From positions 1 through 53,789 of the forward strand of contig JBAZXV010000009.1 in assembly GCA_041659685.1 (NCBI GenBank): 53,789 bases of DNA, given 5' to 3'. Under the pieces are notes generated by a model. The model searched no databases, had not been told where the DNA came from, and saw nothing but the letters and a program-made list of their open reading frames with translations. A program made the translations under genes and the position numbers. Below are positions 43,089 to 52,889 of the stretch, one piece after another (position 1 is the first letter of the stretch; each line of letters begins with the position of its first letter). The stretch comes from Parcubacteria group bacterium (lineage in GTDB: Bacteria > Patescibacteriota > Minisyncoccia > Moranbacterales > UBA11712).

Positions 43089-44789
43089 ATGTTTTCCTAT
43101 CCGGATCCCCGAACGACGAATATTAAAGATCATCTGATCCAGCGGATCTTTGAAGTTATTCCCGGTTTCATCACCTGGTTTACCCTGATCGGAATGTTTG
43201 TTTTTTCTTTTTTTCTTCCCTTATGGGTGGCGGTTTTTATTATTATTTTCGATATTTATTGGCTCTACAGGACTGTCTATATTTCCGCATATTCAATTGC
43301 GGCTTTTCGAAAAATGAGAATTCATGAAAGAATAAACTGGTTTGAAATATGCAATAAAATAGGCGATCCGGAAAAGTATCTTGCTGATATCTCGGAAAAT
43401 TTGACGGAGGCAAGAAAGCAATTCAGAAAAAAACGCTGGAAGTTTTTTTCAAAAGAAAAGAAAAGGATAGTCAGAAAGATCCGCGTTGTTTCGGAAATCA
43501 AGAGGGAAATCGAGGAAGTCCTGAAAAAAGACAGGAGCAAGATGCTTCATTGGGAGGAAGTTTACCATGTCGTGATGTATCCGACGGCCAACGAGGGAGC
43601 GGAGATAATCGAGCCGGCCATTCAGTCTCTGGTCGACTCGGAATATCCAAATGATAAATTCATCGTTCTTCTGGCGACCGAAGAAAGGGAGGAAAAAGAA
43701 AGAAGGGAAAAGAAAGTGAATCGCCTGAAAAATAAATTCGGCAATACATTTTTTGATTTTATCGTTACGGTGCACAAAGTTGCTCCCGGAGAAATGAAAA
43801 TGAAATCCTCCAATACAACTTTTGCCGTAAAAGAGCTTAAGAAATATCTCGAGGAAAAAAATATTCCGCTTGAAAAAGTGGTTCTTTCCAATTTTGACTG
43901 CGACACTTGCGCCCACCCGCAATATTTCGCCGCTTTGACGTTCAAATACGCGACTGAACCGCGGCGCCTTAATTTTGCCTATCAGCCGCTTCCGATGTAT
44001 CACAACAACATCTGGGACACGAACGCTTTTGTGAGGATTATTGTCACCGGTTCTTCCTTTTGGCATATGGTGGAGGCAATGCGGCCGGAGCATATGGTAA
44101 CTTTTTCTTCCCACTCGGAACCCCTGAAAACGATTGTCGATATAAATTACTGGCCGGTAAACGTGATTTCGGAGGACAGTATCGTTTTTTGGAAGGCGTA
44201 TGCCTATTTCAACGGCGAATACGAAGTGAAACCAATTTATCTCCCCGTTTCTCTCGACGCAGTCCTGGCAAATACGTATTGGAAAACGATAGTCAACCAA
44301 TATAAGCAGAAAAGGAGATGGGCTTACGGGATCGAAAATTTTCCGCTTCTTGCCCGGGCGTTTATCAAAAACAAGAAAATTCCCCGGAGTAAGAAAATCC
44401 GCCATCTGTTCATTATGATGGAAGGCCATTGGTCGTGGGCGACAAATTCTTTTATTGTCGCTCTTTTGGGGTGGCTGCCGGTTATTATCGGCGGACACAA
44501 ATTTAATCAAAGCGTTCTGGCTCATAACCTTCCTTACCTCACGCGTTATCTCATGAATGCGGCTCTTATCGGATTGGTGGTTTCAATGTTTTTGAGTCTC
44601 ATACTTCTTCCTCCCCGTCCGGCCAGGTATTCTCGGAAACGATACATCTATATGTTTCTTCAGTGGTTTCTGGTCCCGATAACCGCGCCATTTTTGGGCG
44701 CGCTTCCGGCTGTGGATTCCCAAACGCGGATAATGCTGGGAAAATATTTCGGGGAATTCTGGGTGACAGAGAAGGTAAGGAAAGAATAA
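43089..44789 (+). CDS. Processive family-2 glycosyltransferase (cellulose/chitin-synthase-like), multi-TM
   Basis: VVMYPTANEG, FDCDT (DxD) and the processivity motif QKRRWAYG (QxxRW), flanked by TM helices. I start at the ATG at 43089 (MFSYPD). Confidence 0.7.
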   Translation: MFSYPDPRTTNIKDHLIQRIFEVIPGFITWFTLIGMFVFSFFLPLWVAVFIIIFDIYWLYRTVYISAYSIAAFRKMRIHERINWFEICNKIGDPEKYLADISENLTEARKQFRKKRWKFFSKEKKRIVRKIRVVSEIKREIEEVLKKDRSKMLHWEEVYHVVMYPTANEGAEIIEPAIQSLVDSEYPNDKFIVLLATEEREEKERREKKVNRLKNKFGNTFFDFIVTVHKVAPGEMKMKSSNTTFAVKELKKYLEEKNIPLEKVVLSNFDCDTCAHPQYFAALTFKYATEPRRLNFAYQPLPMYHNNIWDTNAFVRIIVTGSSFWHMVEAMRPEHMVTFSSHSEPLKTIVDINYWPVNVISEDSIVFWKAYAYFNGEYEVKPIYLPVSLDAVLANTYWKTIVNQYKQKRRWAYGIENFPLLARAFIKNKKIPRSKKIRHLFIMMEGHWSWATNSFIVALLGWLPVIIGGHKFNQSVLAHNLPYLTRYLMNAALIGLVVSMFLSLILLPPRPARYSRKRYIYMFLQWFLVPITAPFLGALPAVDSQTRIMLGKYFGEFWVTEKVRKE

Positions 44790-45036
44790 TCTCTATAATT
44801 TACATCGAAAATTAATTTAGGCGAGGCTTAATATGACGAAAATAAGGATGTGTCCTTTTTGCAAAGGGAGAAAAGGACTCAATAATCGAAGCCTGCAGCA
44901 AGGGGGAGAGTCATCAATATTCCATACGAAACAGAATTTTATAATATCGACCATTATGAAAGATTTGCAGCAGTACTGAAAAGATGATTATTTTTTTTGG
45001 GGATTTGAGCTCGCTGTTTCAGCTTATAATAAATTA

Positions 45037-46002
45037 ATGACAAAATTTCTATTGCCATTTGCGTATTCACTGGCGGCTGCGACTGTCGCAATCTATTTTT
45101 TGCTTTGGCTGGGGAAAGGGCTTGATCGAAGAATTGTCAGGCGGTTTGGCGGTCCGTTTGTGATTGCGGTGTTTTCAATTCTTGTTTTGCTGAATAAAGA
45201 TCTCGTGGTCACAAAACCCATCGCCGGAATCCTTGCCGGCGGTTTTTTGATATTGATTTTCGGGCTTTGGGACGATGTCAAAAATCTGAGCTGGAAATGG
45301 CAGCTCTTGTTTCAGGTTGTCATTGCCGCTGTTGCGGTTCTTTTTGGCGTTCGCAGCGAATATATCGCAAATCCTTTCGGGGGAGTCATCGGTCTCAGCA
45401 ACCCCCTGATATTTTTTATCTTGTTTACACTCTACTTTTTGCTTTTTATGAACTCTCTCAATTGGTTCGACGGGATTGACGGACTTAGCGGCAGCTTGAC
45501 CGTTGTGTCGCTGGTAATAATTTTTTTCCTGAGTCTTATGCCTCATGTCAACCAGCCGGCCGTGGCAATTTTGTGTTCCATAGCCGCGGGATCGATATTC
45601 GGCTTTCTGATTTTCAACTGGCATCCGGCAAAGATAATCGCGGGAACAAGTGGAGCCTGGTTTTTTGGATTTCTCCTTGCCGGGCTGTCCATCTTTGCGG
45701 GAGCCAAAATAGCGACCGTCATGATGGTTGCGTTTATTCCTGTTCTCGATTTGATCCGGGTCATTATTGAAAGATGGAAGGCCGGAAGAAGCGTTTTTTC
45801 GAGAGATGATTGCCATCTTCATTATTGGCTGCGAAAAAAAAGATTGGGCGATAATCATATTGCTCTGATTATCTCCGCCGCAAGCCTCCTGATCGGAATT
45901 CTGGCCCTTAATTTGAAAGCGGAGGGAAAATTGGTTACAATAATATTGATAGGCGTAATTTACCTAACATATTTTGAGTTATGGCCAAAAAAACAGGTAT
46001 AA
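45037..46002 (+). CDS. Polyprenyl-phosphate hexosamine-1-phosphate transferase (MraY/WecA family, GT4)
   Basis: GLWDDVKNL, NWFDGIDGLSG and PAKIIAGTSG motifs, plus the C-terminal HLHYWL. Confidence 0.8.
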   Translation: MTKFLLPFAYSLAAATVAIYFLLWLGKGLDRRIVRRFGGPFVIAVFSILVLLNKDLVVTKPIAGILAGGFLILIFGLWDDVKNLSWKWQLLFQVVIAAVAVLFGVRSEYIANPFGGVIGLSNPLIFFILFTLYFLLFMNSLNWFDGIDGLSGSLTVVSLVIIFFLSLMPHVNQPAVAILCSIAAGSIFGFLIFNWHPAKIIAGTSGAWFFGFLLAGLSIFAGAKIATVMMVAFIPVLDLIRVIIERWKAGRSVFSRDDCHLHYWLRKKRLGDNHIALIISAASLLIGILALNLKAEGKLVTIILIGVIYLTYFELWPKKQV

Positions 46003-46436
46003 TTCTGATTGTCGGATTCCTGGCGGCCGCATTGATAATAATCGGCTTGAATTTTGTTTTCAGCGAATTTTATTCGACGTCATGGAACCCGATAAAAAGG
46101 GTCTACGTTAAAAGCGTTCTGGTTAAAGCGGAAACGGTAAGCAGCAGGGAAAAGATAGAGCAGGGATTGGCCGGCAGGAGAAGCCTGGCCGAGGGAAGAG
46201 GCATGCTGTTTCTGATGCCCAAGGAGGATTATTTGCGGTTTTGGATGAAAGGTATGCAATTTCCGATCGACATAATCTGGATTGAGAATGGCAAGGTAAT
46301 CGGCTTTGAAAATAATATTTCGCCCAAAGATGATCGGATTTTCACTTCGCCTGATAAAGCCGGGATTGTTCTTGAAGTTCCAGCCGGTTTTTGCGATAAG
46401 TACGGCATTCAGGTGAATGATGATGTTAGAATATAG
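45981..46436 (+). CDS. DUF192 protein
   Basis: GLAGRRSL..GRGMLF, FWMKGMQFPIDIIW and LEVPAG family pattern. It has an N-terminal anchor and overlaps the upstream gene by 22 nt. Confidence 0.7.
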   Translation: MAKKTGIILIVGFLAAALIIIGLNFVFSEFYSTSWNPIKRVYVKSVLVKAETVSSREKIEQGLAGRRSLAEGRGMLFLMPKEDYLRFWMKGMQFPIDIIWIENGKVIGFENNISPKDDRIFTSPDKAGIVLEVPAGFCDKYGIQVNDDVRI

Positions 46437-46559
46437 TTTTGGCTTGACCGAAATAACAATTAAAAGCAAGAATATCTGCCAGGGATCCGCAATCAAAGCT
46501 TGCCTAATCAAAAGCCTTTTGCTAAACTGCCATCACGCTAAATATTAACCTTCCGCCAT

Positions 46560-46841
46560 ATGAAAGATGTATTGGCAAAATACGGAAAAAAAATAAGAAT
46601 AAACGAGAAAACAATAAATTTTCTTCTTATTTTTATATTGGGATTTTTAGTGGGAGTAGCCGTAAAAACAGAGGCAAAAAAAAGAGTTACCATCGGGTAT
46701 AACGATTATTTAATCAGGGATATGAAGCAAGGTTTCGGCCTGATGGATCAAGAAACAACTTCCGGTTCGCAGGGGCAGGAGCAAGACCAGGTTCAGGGCG
46801 AGCCTCAGCCGGAGGGGGCGGAAAGCCAGCCGCAGCAGTAG
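46560..46841 (+). CDS. Small single-TM protein with a Gln/Glu-rich tail
   Basis: TM segment FLLIFILGFLVGVAV. No motif was recognised. Confidence 0.4.
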   Translation: MKDVLAKYGKKIRINEKTINFLLIFILGFLVGVAVKTEAKKRVTIGYNDYLIRDMKQGFGLMDQETTSGSQGQEQDQVQGEPQPEGAESQPQQ

Positions 46842-46881
46842 AATAACAACCATTTTAAAAATAAGCCTTAATTAATCCAAA

Positions 46882-47967
46882 ATGGAAGAAAAAAAAGAAG
46901 AAACGGCGGTTGAATCGCCAAGCGAAGCAAGGGAGGGAGAAAGAGAGAAGAATCCGGTTCCGGAAAAGAAGAAGATAAAAAATTATATCTCGGTTATAAT
47001 CTTGCTTGCCGGTCTTCTGGTGGGCAGTATTTTTGTTGATGTGGCCCAGTTTTTCGGGCATCAGGGTGTGTCTCCCCGCGTTTTAAGGGATGCAGATGTT
47101 TTTCCTTTTGAAGGAAAAACCTGGGTGTCATACAATGAGCCCGTGGTCAATGTTCAAGTTGTGACGGACAGCAAGTGCGAAGCGTGCGACCCCACCGAAC
47201 CTCTCAAATGGATGAAAAGAGTTGTCCCAACCCTTCTTGCCAAGAAAGTCGAAATCGACTCTCCGGAAGGAAAAGAACTTGTTTCTCAGTTTAAGATAAA
47301 AAGTTTGCCGGCTTTTGTTTTTGACGAAAATGTCACAAAGACGGATGTCTATGCTCAGGCTCAGGACATATTTTCAAAAGAGGGTAATAATTATTTGATG
47401 AATACTGAGCAAGTCGGCATCAAGCCGGGAAAATACCTTGAGACTCCGAGTGTTTCCAAAGACGACCCTCAAGTGGGTCCGGAAGATGCGAAAGTCAAAG
47501 TGGTTTTATTCAGCGATTTTCAATGTCCTTATTGCAAAACATTTGAAGACACCTTTAATAAGGCAATAGCCGAATATAAGGATAAAGTTCTGTTTGCTTA
47601 CAAATATTACCCGCTTGATATCCATAAACAGGCCATGAATGCGGCTGTGGCCGGAGAATGCGCCAATGAACAGGGAAAATTCTGGCAAATGGCGGACAAG
47701 CTTTATTCTTCCCAAACTGATTGGCAAAATACCGAAGGAACCGCAAGATTCAAGGCTTATGCGGCATCTCTCGGCGTTAATGCGGCGCAATTTAACCAAT
47801 GCGTCGATGAAGACAAGCCGAAAGACAAGATTGCGGCCGATCAGGAGGAGGCAGCCGGCTTTGGAATTTCCGGCACCCCGGCTTTCTTTGTCAACGATCA
47901 ATTTTTCGGCGGAGTAGTGAGCTACGACGAGCTCAAAAAGGCGATTGATCAAGAATTGGCCAAGTAG
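46882..47967 (+). CDS. Membrane-anchored DsbA-family thiol:disulfide oxidoreductase with an extra N-terminal Trx-like module
   Basis: CEAC in the first module. FSDFQCPYC and GTPAFFV (cis-Pro loop) in the second. Confidence 0.8.
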   Translation: MEEKKEETAVESPSEAREGEREKNPVPEKKKIKNYISVIILLAGLLVGSIFVDVAQFFGHQGVSPRVLRDADVFPFEGKTWVSYNEPVVNVQVVTDSKCEACDPTEPLKWMKRVVPTLLAKKVEIDSPEGKELVSQFKIKSLPAFVFDENVTKTDVYAQAQDIFSKEGNNYLMNTEQVGIKPGKYLETPSVSKDDPQVGPEDAKVKVVLFSDFQCPYCKTFEDTFNKAIAEYKDKVLFAYKYYPLDIHKQAMNAAVAGECANEQGKFWQMADKLYSSQTDWQNTEGTARFKAYAASLGVNAAQFNQCVDEDKPKDKIAADQEEAAGFGISGTPAFFVNDQFFGGVVSYDELKKAIDQELAK

Positions 47968-48000
47968 GTCTGCCGGTCGAACTAAAAAAGTATTCTCAGT

Positions 48001-48031
48001 GAAATCGGGCTTAACAGCCCGATTTCTTTTT
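48001..48031 (+). terminator. Intrinsic terminator
   Basis: gaaatcgggc/gcccgatttc perfect 10-bp stem followed by ttttt. Confidence 0.85.
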
Positions 48032-48174
48032 ATAAGATTTTCAGGGATGAGGTTTTTGCGTTCAAAAAAATATGCTATACTTATCTTATGGATCTTGAGG
48101 TATTCTTGCCGCTCGCGGCTATGTGAATCCAGCGGACGGCAATATCCATATTTGATAAGATAATTTTCAATCGG

Positions 48175-48744
48175 ATGAAACTCGAAAAGAAAATTTTCGA
48201 AATTGTTTTCCATGCGCGGGGCGGGCAGGGAGCAAAAACAGCGGCTGAGCTTTTGGCGCAGGCGGCTCTTCATGAGGGAAAATTTGTCCAGGCTTTTCCC
48301 GACTTTGGTCCGGAGAGGAGCGGAGCTCCGATGAAAACATATGTCCGTATTTCCGATGAACCGATCAGGACTCATGAGCCGGTGGTGGATCCGGATATGG
48401 TGGCGGTTCTCGACGAAACTCTTCTTGGAATTATTGATGTTTCGAAAAATCTCGATGAAAACGAAAGTTTGATAGTGAGTACCACCAAGGATCGCGAAAC
48501 AGTTTCAAGAGAAACGGGATACGTCGGGAATGTTTACCCGATTGACGCCCTCGGACTTTCTATGGAGATTATCGGAGAACCGAGGCCCAATACCGCAATA
48601 CTTGGAAAAATTATTAAAATATCGGAGATTGTCAGGCTGGAAAGCGCCGCTGATGTTTTTAGGAATAAATATATTGAAAAAATAGGGCCGGATAAAACGG
48701 AAAAAAATATCCGGGCGATAGAAAAAGCGTATGACAGTTTATAA
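48175..48744 (+). CDS. porG: 2-oxoacid:ferredoxin oxidoreductase gamma subunit
   Basis: FHARGGQGAKTAAELLA motif, in the operon context gamma-delta-alpha-beta. Confidence 0.85.
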   Translation: MKLEKKIFEIVFHARGGQGAKTAAELLAQAALHEGKFVQAFPDFGPERSGAPMKTYVRISDEPIRTHEPVVDPDMVAVLDETLLGIIDVSKNLDENESLIVSTTKDRETVSRETGYVGNVYPIDALGLSMEIIGEPRPNTAILGKIIKISEIVRLESAADVFRNKYIEKIGPDKTEKNIRAIEKAYDSL

Positions 48745-48760
48745 TATTTAGCATTTTTTT

Positions 48761-49033
48761 ATGGCGGAGAATTGGAAAGAAATCGAAGAGGGGGCGGTTA
48801 TAAAGCACGATATCAAAAAATCACCCCGGACTGGCGACTGGAGATATATGAAGCCTGAGGTGAACAAAGAAAGCTGCATCGGATGCGGACAATGTTTTTC
48901 TCTTTGTCCGGAAGCCTGCATTGATTATGACGAAAATCGAAAAGCCGATATCGATTATAATTTTTGCAAAGGTTGCGGAGTGTGCGCTACAGTTTGCCCG
49001 AAAAAATCCATTAAAATGGGAAAAAACACATGA
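48761..49033 (+). CDS. porD: 2-oxoacid:ferredoxin oxidoreductase delta subunit (2x[4Fe-4S])
   Basis: CIGCGQCFSLCP and CKGCGVCATVCP. Confidence 0.85.
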   Translation: MAENWKEIEEGAVIKHDIKKSPRTGDWRYMKPEVNKESCIGCGQCFSLCPEACIDYDENRKADIDYNFCKGCGVCATVCPKKSIKMGKNT

Positions 49034-50199
49034 CGATTGAAAAAGATAAAAATCTGGCTTTGACCGGCGGGGCCGCCGCGGCGGAAGCCCTAAAGCAAAT
49101 TAATCCGGACGTGATGCCGGTTTATCCCATTACGCCTCAAACTCCGATTATTGAGACATATGCCAAGATGGTGGCGGACGGAGAAGCGGATACGGAAATT
49201 ATCCATGTCGAATCCGAGCACAGCGCTATGAGTGCCGCCATGGGAGCCGAGGCTGCGGGAGCCAGGACGGTGACTGCTTCAAGTTCGCAGGGAATTATGC
49301 TGATGGCGGAAATCCTTCCCATTGTTTCGGGTTCCAGACTTCCTGTTTTAATGCTCGTCAGCGCCCGGGCGATTTCGGGGCCGATAAATATTCATGGAGA
49401 CCATGAAGATGTGATGGCGGTTAGGGACCTGGGCTGGATCCAAATTTTTTCCGAAAACGCGCAGGAAGTTTATGATAACTCTTTCATTGCCCTGCGCCTC
49501 GCGGAAAAAGTGCGCCTTCCGGCCATGGTGATTATGGACGGCTTCCAAACTTCTCACAGCGTGGAAAATCTTGAAATTCTGGATCTTCCCCATGCTAAAG
49601 ATTTTTCCGGTGAGTATAAGCCGAAAAAATATCTTCTGGACACGGAAAATCCCGTTTCTTTCGGGCCGGTGGCTCTTCAAAATTCTTTTTTTGAGTTTAA
49701 ACGGCAGGAAGAAGAAGCGATGAGTGAAGCCTTGCCGGAATATAAGAATGTTTGCGATGGATATGCGAAGATGAGCGGCAGGCAATATGATTATTTTGAA
49801 ACATACCGGCTTGAGGATGCGGAAAGAGCTGTTGTCGTCGCCGGATCGACTGCCGGGACGGCCAAAGTGGCGATTGACGAGCTTCGCGAAAAGGGCGAGA
49901 AGGTCGGACTTCTTAAGATAAAACTTTTTCGGCCGTTTCCTTACGCGCAAATTGCCGAAGCGCTCAAAAGCGCAAAAAACATCGCGGTTTTGGACCGGAC
50001 AATTTCGTTTGGCAGTGTCGCGCCTTTATACGGAGAAATCGTAAACAGTTTGTTCTCAAATCTCAATTCTCAAATCCCAATTCAATCATATATTTACGGA
50101 CTTGGCGGACGAGAGATATTTAAGGAAGATTTGAAGAAAGTTTTCGATGAATTAAGGAATGAAACTCACAACAAAATAAATTACATCGGATTAAAATAA
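49030..50199 (+). CDS. porA: 2-oxoacid:ferredoxin oxidoreductase alpha subunit
   Basis: YPITPQT, ESEHSAMSA and TASSSQG motifs. Its start overlaps the porD stop (ATGA). Confidence 0.88.
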   Translation: MTIEKDKNLALTGGAAAAEALKQINPDVMPVYPITPQTPIIETYAKMVADGEADTEIIHVESEHSAMSAAMGAEAAGARTVTASSSQGIMLMAEILPIVSGSRLPVLMLVSARAISGPINIHGDHEDVMAVRDLGWIQIFSENAQEVYDNSFIALRLAEKVRLPAMVIMDGFQTSHSVENLEILDLPHAKDFSGEYKPKKYLLDTENPVSFGPVALQNSFFEFKRQEEEAMSEALPEYKNVCDGYAKMSGRQYDYFETYRLEDAERAVVVAGSTAGTAKVAIDELREKGEKVGLLKIKLFRPFPYAQIAEALKSAKNIAVLDRTISFGSVAPLYGEIVNSLFSNLNSQIPIQSYIYGLGGREIFKEDLKKVFDELRNETHNKINYIGLK

Positions 50200-50265
50200 A
50201 TAAATCAGGGGAGGCATCGATTGGAGAGAAACAAGCCTAAGTCATTCATCCTGAAATAAGAGATA

Positions 50266-51177
50266 ATGAACAAAAATCTCACTCAAAAATTTGCTCCGGG
50301 ACATGCGACTTGCGCCGGATGCGGGATTCCGGCGATTGTGCGGACGGTTCTTTCGGCGACGGACGATCCGGTCGTTGTCGTGAATGCCACGGGATGCCTT
50401 GAGGTGACTTCGACGCTTTATCCGTATTCTTCATGGAAAGTTCCATATATCCATAACGCCTTTGAAAACGCCGCGGCGACGGCTTCAGGCGTCGAGACGG
50501 CGTATCGGGCTTTAATGAAACGAGGGGAGATTCCCGATGGCAAGAAAATAAAATTTATCGCCTTCGGCGGGGACGGGGGAACATACGATATCGGCCTTCA
50601 GAGTCTTTCCGGAGCGCTGGAACGAGGTCACCAGTTTCTTTATGTCTGTTACGACAACGAAGGATACATGAACACAGGCGGGCAGCGAAGCGGAGCGACA
50701 CCTTATGGAGCGGACACGGAAACAACGCCAGCCGGAAAAATTAGTTACGGCAAAAGAGAAAAAAGAAAGGATCTCATGTCGATTGTGATAGCGCATCATA
50801 TTCGTTATGCGGCTCAAGCCAACGTGGCATTTCTGCACGATCTCAAGAAAAAAGCCAAGAAAGCTCTTGAAACCGAAGGACCAAGTTTTCTTCTGGTTTT
50901 GCAGCCATGCACCAATCTTTGGAAATATGCCACATCCGAATATGTCAATATTGGAAAACTTGCGACCGAAACCAATTTTTGGCCGCTTTATGAATATGAA
51001 AATGGAAAATACAATGTGAACTGGGCAACCGAGAACCGAAAACCGATCGAGGAATTCATCAAGACTCAGGGCCGGTTCAAACATCTCTTTAAGCCCGGGA
51101 ATGAAAAAATAATCACTGAAATTCAAAAGGATATTGATGAAAATTGGGAAAAAATGTTGAATTTAGCGGAAATTTAA
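50266..51177 (+). CDS. porB: 2-oxoacid:ferredoxin oxidoreductase beta subunit (TPP-binding)
   Basis: CAGCG, GGDGGTYDIG and NEGYMNTGGQ motifs. Confidence 0.88.
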   Translation: MNKNLTQKFAPGHATCAGCGIPAIVRTVLSATDDPVVVVNATGCLEVTSTLYPYSSWKVPYIHNAFENAAATASGVETAYRALMKRGEIPDGKKIKFIAFGGDGGTYDIGLQSLSGALERGHQFLYVCYDNEGYMNTGGQRSGATPYGADTETTPAGKISYGKREKRKDLMSIVIAHHIRYAAQANVAFLHDLKKKAKKALETEGPSFLLVLQPCTNLWKYATSEYVNIGKLATETNFWPLYEYENGKYNVNWATENRKPIEEFIKTQGRFKHLFKPGNEKIITEIQKDIDENWEKMLNLAEI

Positions 51178-51236
51178 CGATTCAGCTTTGAAAAAATATT
51201 TTTAAATAGGCGTAATAACTAATCGTAGCGAAACAT

Positions 51237-51419
51237 ATGTCAAAACCCAAGGTTAACGAGGAGCTTTGCATCGGATGCGGGACTTGTGAAGCCCTCTGTC
51301 CGAAAGCTTTCAAAATTGAAAACGGGAAGTCGCACGTAATCTCGGAAGATTGCGGCGATTGTGATTGCTCGGAGGTTATAAGCAGCTGTCCCGTCAACGC
51401 AATTTCTATAGAAAAATAA
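51237..51419 (+). CDS. Small [4Fe-4S] ferredoxin
   Basis: CIGCGTCEALCP plus a distal CP, 60 aa, immediately after por. Confidence 0.8.
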   Translation: MSKPKVNEELCIGCGTCEALCPKAFKIENGKSHVISEDCGDCDCSEVISSCPVNAISIEK

Positions 51420-51485
51420 ATTTATTATAACCAGATATTGATCATCAGGCATTGGCTTGTGGTTAATGTTTGACGGTTTATTTTT

Positions 51486-52784
51486 ATGGAAGGAGAAAAT
51501 AATAAAAATAATATGAGCGACTTCAGGAAAATGATGGTTATTGTTGTGGTTGCTTCATTTTTACTGTCTTCATTTTTTGGGGCAGTTTTCGGTTTTATGG
51601 CGGCCGAAATCGGGCAGGGAAAAAATTTGTTTTCCTCAGCCGGAAAATTTTCAAGAATTTTCAGTTCGGGAAATCAAAAAAACGATCAACCCGGCGGAAA
51701 CGGGAGCCAAACAATAAGCGTTCCGGACGAAGAATCAGCGGTGGTAACCACTGTCGACAAAGCCTCGCCGTCGGTTGTCAGTATAATCATAAGCAAGGAT
51801 GTCCCCAAGATGCAGGATTTTTTCTCGAACCCGTTCGGTTTTGACCCGTTCTTTGATCCTTTCGGCTCCGGCCAGCAAAATCAAAATAATAACAATAATA
51901 ACGGCGGAGGTTCCCAAAAACAGGAAATCGGCGGCGGGTCAGGGTTTATAGCCACGAGTGACGGATTAATCGTGACAAATAAGCACGTGGTTTCGGAACA
52001 GGGAGCTGATTATACGGTGATGACCAACGACGGAAAAAAATATGATGCCCAGGTTATGGCAATTGATCCCTCGAACGATGTGGCAATTCTTAAGATCAAC
52101 GCCAGCGGCCTCCCGGTTTTAGCTCTGGGAGACTCAGGGAACCTTAAAATCGGCCAAACAGTTGTCGCTATCGGCAATTCGCTCGGAGAATTTCGAAATA
52201 CGGTAAGTAAAGGAATTATTTCCGGCCTTAAAAGGAACGTAACGGCGGGCGACGGTTTCGGGCAATCGGAACAGCTTTCGGAAGTTATTCAGACCGACGC
52301 GGCCATTAATCCGGGAAATTCAGGAGGGCCCCTCCTTAACATCAGCGGACAGGTTATCGGAGTGAACGTAGCGATGGCTCAGGGTGCGGAAAATATTGGA
52401 TTCGCGCTCCCGATTGATATTGTAAAAAAAGATATAGACAGCGTGAAATCTCAAGGAAAAATCGTCCAGCCTTATATCGGCGTCCGTTATACGCCGGTCA
52501 CGGATGAAATTCAAAAACAGAATAATTTGCCTTATAATTACGGAGCACTGGTCATACGAGGACAAAATGTGACCGACCTGGCTGTCCTTCCGGGAAGTCC
52601 GGCCGATAAGGCGGGAATCACGGAAAACGACATAATTCTCGAAATCAACGGAGTAAAAATCGATTCCGACCATCAGCTGAGCGATCTTATTGCAAAATAC
52701 AATGTCGGCGACACGGTGACGCTCAAGGTATGGGATAAGGGGCAGGAAAAAACAGTACAGGTAAAGCTTGAAGAGAGAAAATAA
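51486..52784 (+). CDS. HtrA/DegP-family serine protease with a PDZ domain and an N-terminal anchor
   Basis: TNKHV, the D in NDVAILKI, the GNSGGPL catalytic triad context, and a C-terminal PDZ (GSPADKAGI..DIILEING). Confidence 0.9.
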   Translation: MEGENNKNNMSDFRKMMVIVVVASFLLSSFFGAVFGFMAAEIGQGKNLFSSAGKFSRIFSSGNQKNDQPGGNGSQTISVPDEESAVVTTVDKASPSVVSIIISKDVPKMQDFFSNPFGFDPFFDPFGSGQQNQNNNNNNGGGSQKQEIGGGSGFIATSDGLIVTNKHVVSEQGADYTVMTNDGKKYDAQVMAIDPSNDVAILKINASGLPVLALGDSGNLKIGQTVVAIGNSLGEFRNTVSKGIISGLKRNVTAGDGFGQSEQLSEVIQTDAAINPGNSGGPLLNISGQVIGVNVAMAQGAENIGFALPIDIVKKDIDSVKSQGKIVQPYIGVRYTPVTDEIQKQNNLPYNYGALVIRGQNVTDLAVLPGSPADKAGITENDIILEINGVKIDSDHQLSDLIAKYNVGDTVTLKVWDKGQEKTVQVKLEERK

Positions 52785-52788
52785 AGTT

Positions 52789-52809
52789 TGTAGACGTCCG
52801 ACGTCTACA
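52789..52809. repeat. 21-bp palindrome TGTAGACGTC-C-GACGTCTACA, copy 2 of 2
   Basis: Identical to 1093-1113. It lies 4 nt after the htrA stop and about 80 nt downstream of the convergent fibre gene. Confidence 0.8.
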
Positions 52810-52825
52810 AGGACTTCTTCAAGGA

Positions 52826-52866
52826 TAAAAAACAGCCCTGGCAAAATGTCGGGGTTGTTTTTTTTG
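52826..52866. terminator. Bidirectional intrinsic terminator between htrA and the convergent fibre gene
   Basis: aacagccc/ggggttgtt stem flanked by aaaaaa and tttttttt. Confidence 0.65.
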
Positions 52867-52889
52867 TAATATATTTTTTGATTTTCAGG

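Noticed and set aside
44833-44979. A 48-codon ORF (MTKIRMCPFCKGRKG...) in the GT2-GT4 gap
   Set aside because: It has only half a zinc-ribbon-like motif, a weak ribosome-binding site, and a low-complexity remainder. The evidence is too weak to call a gene.
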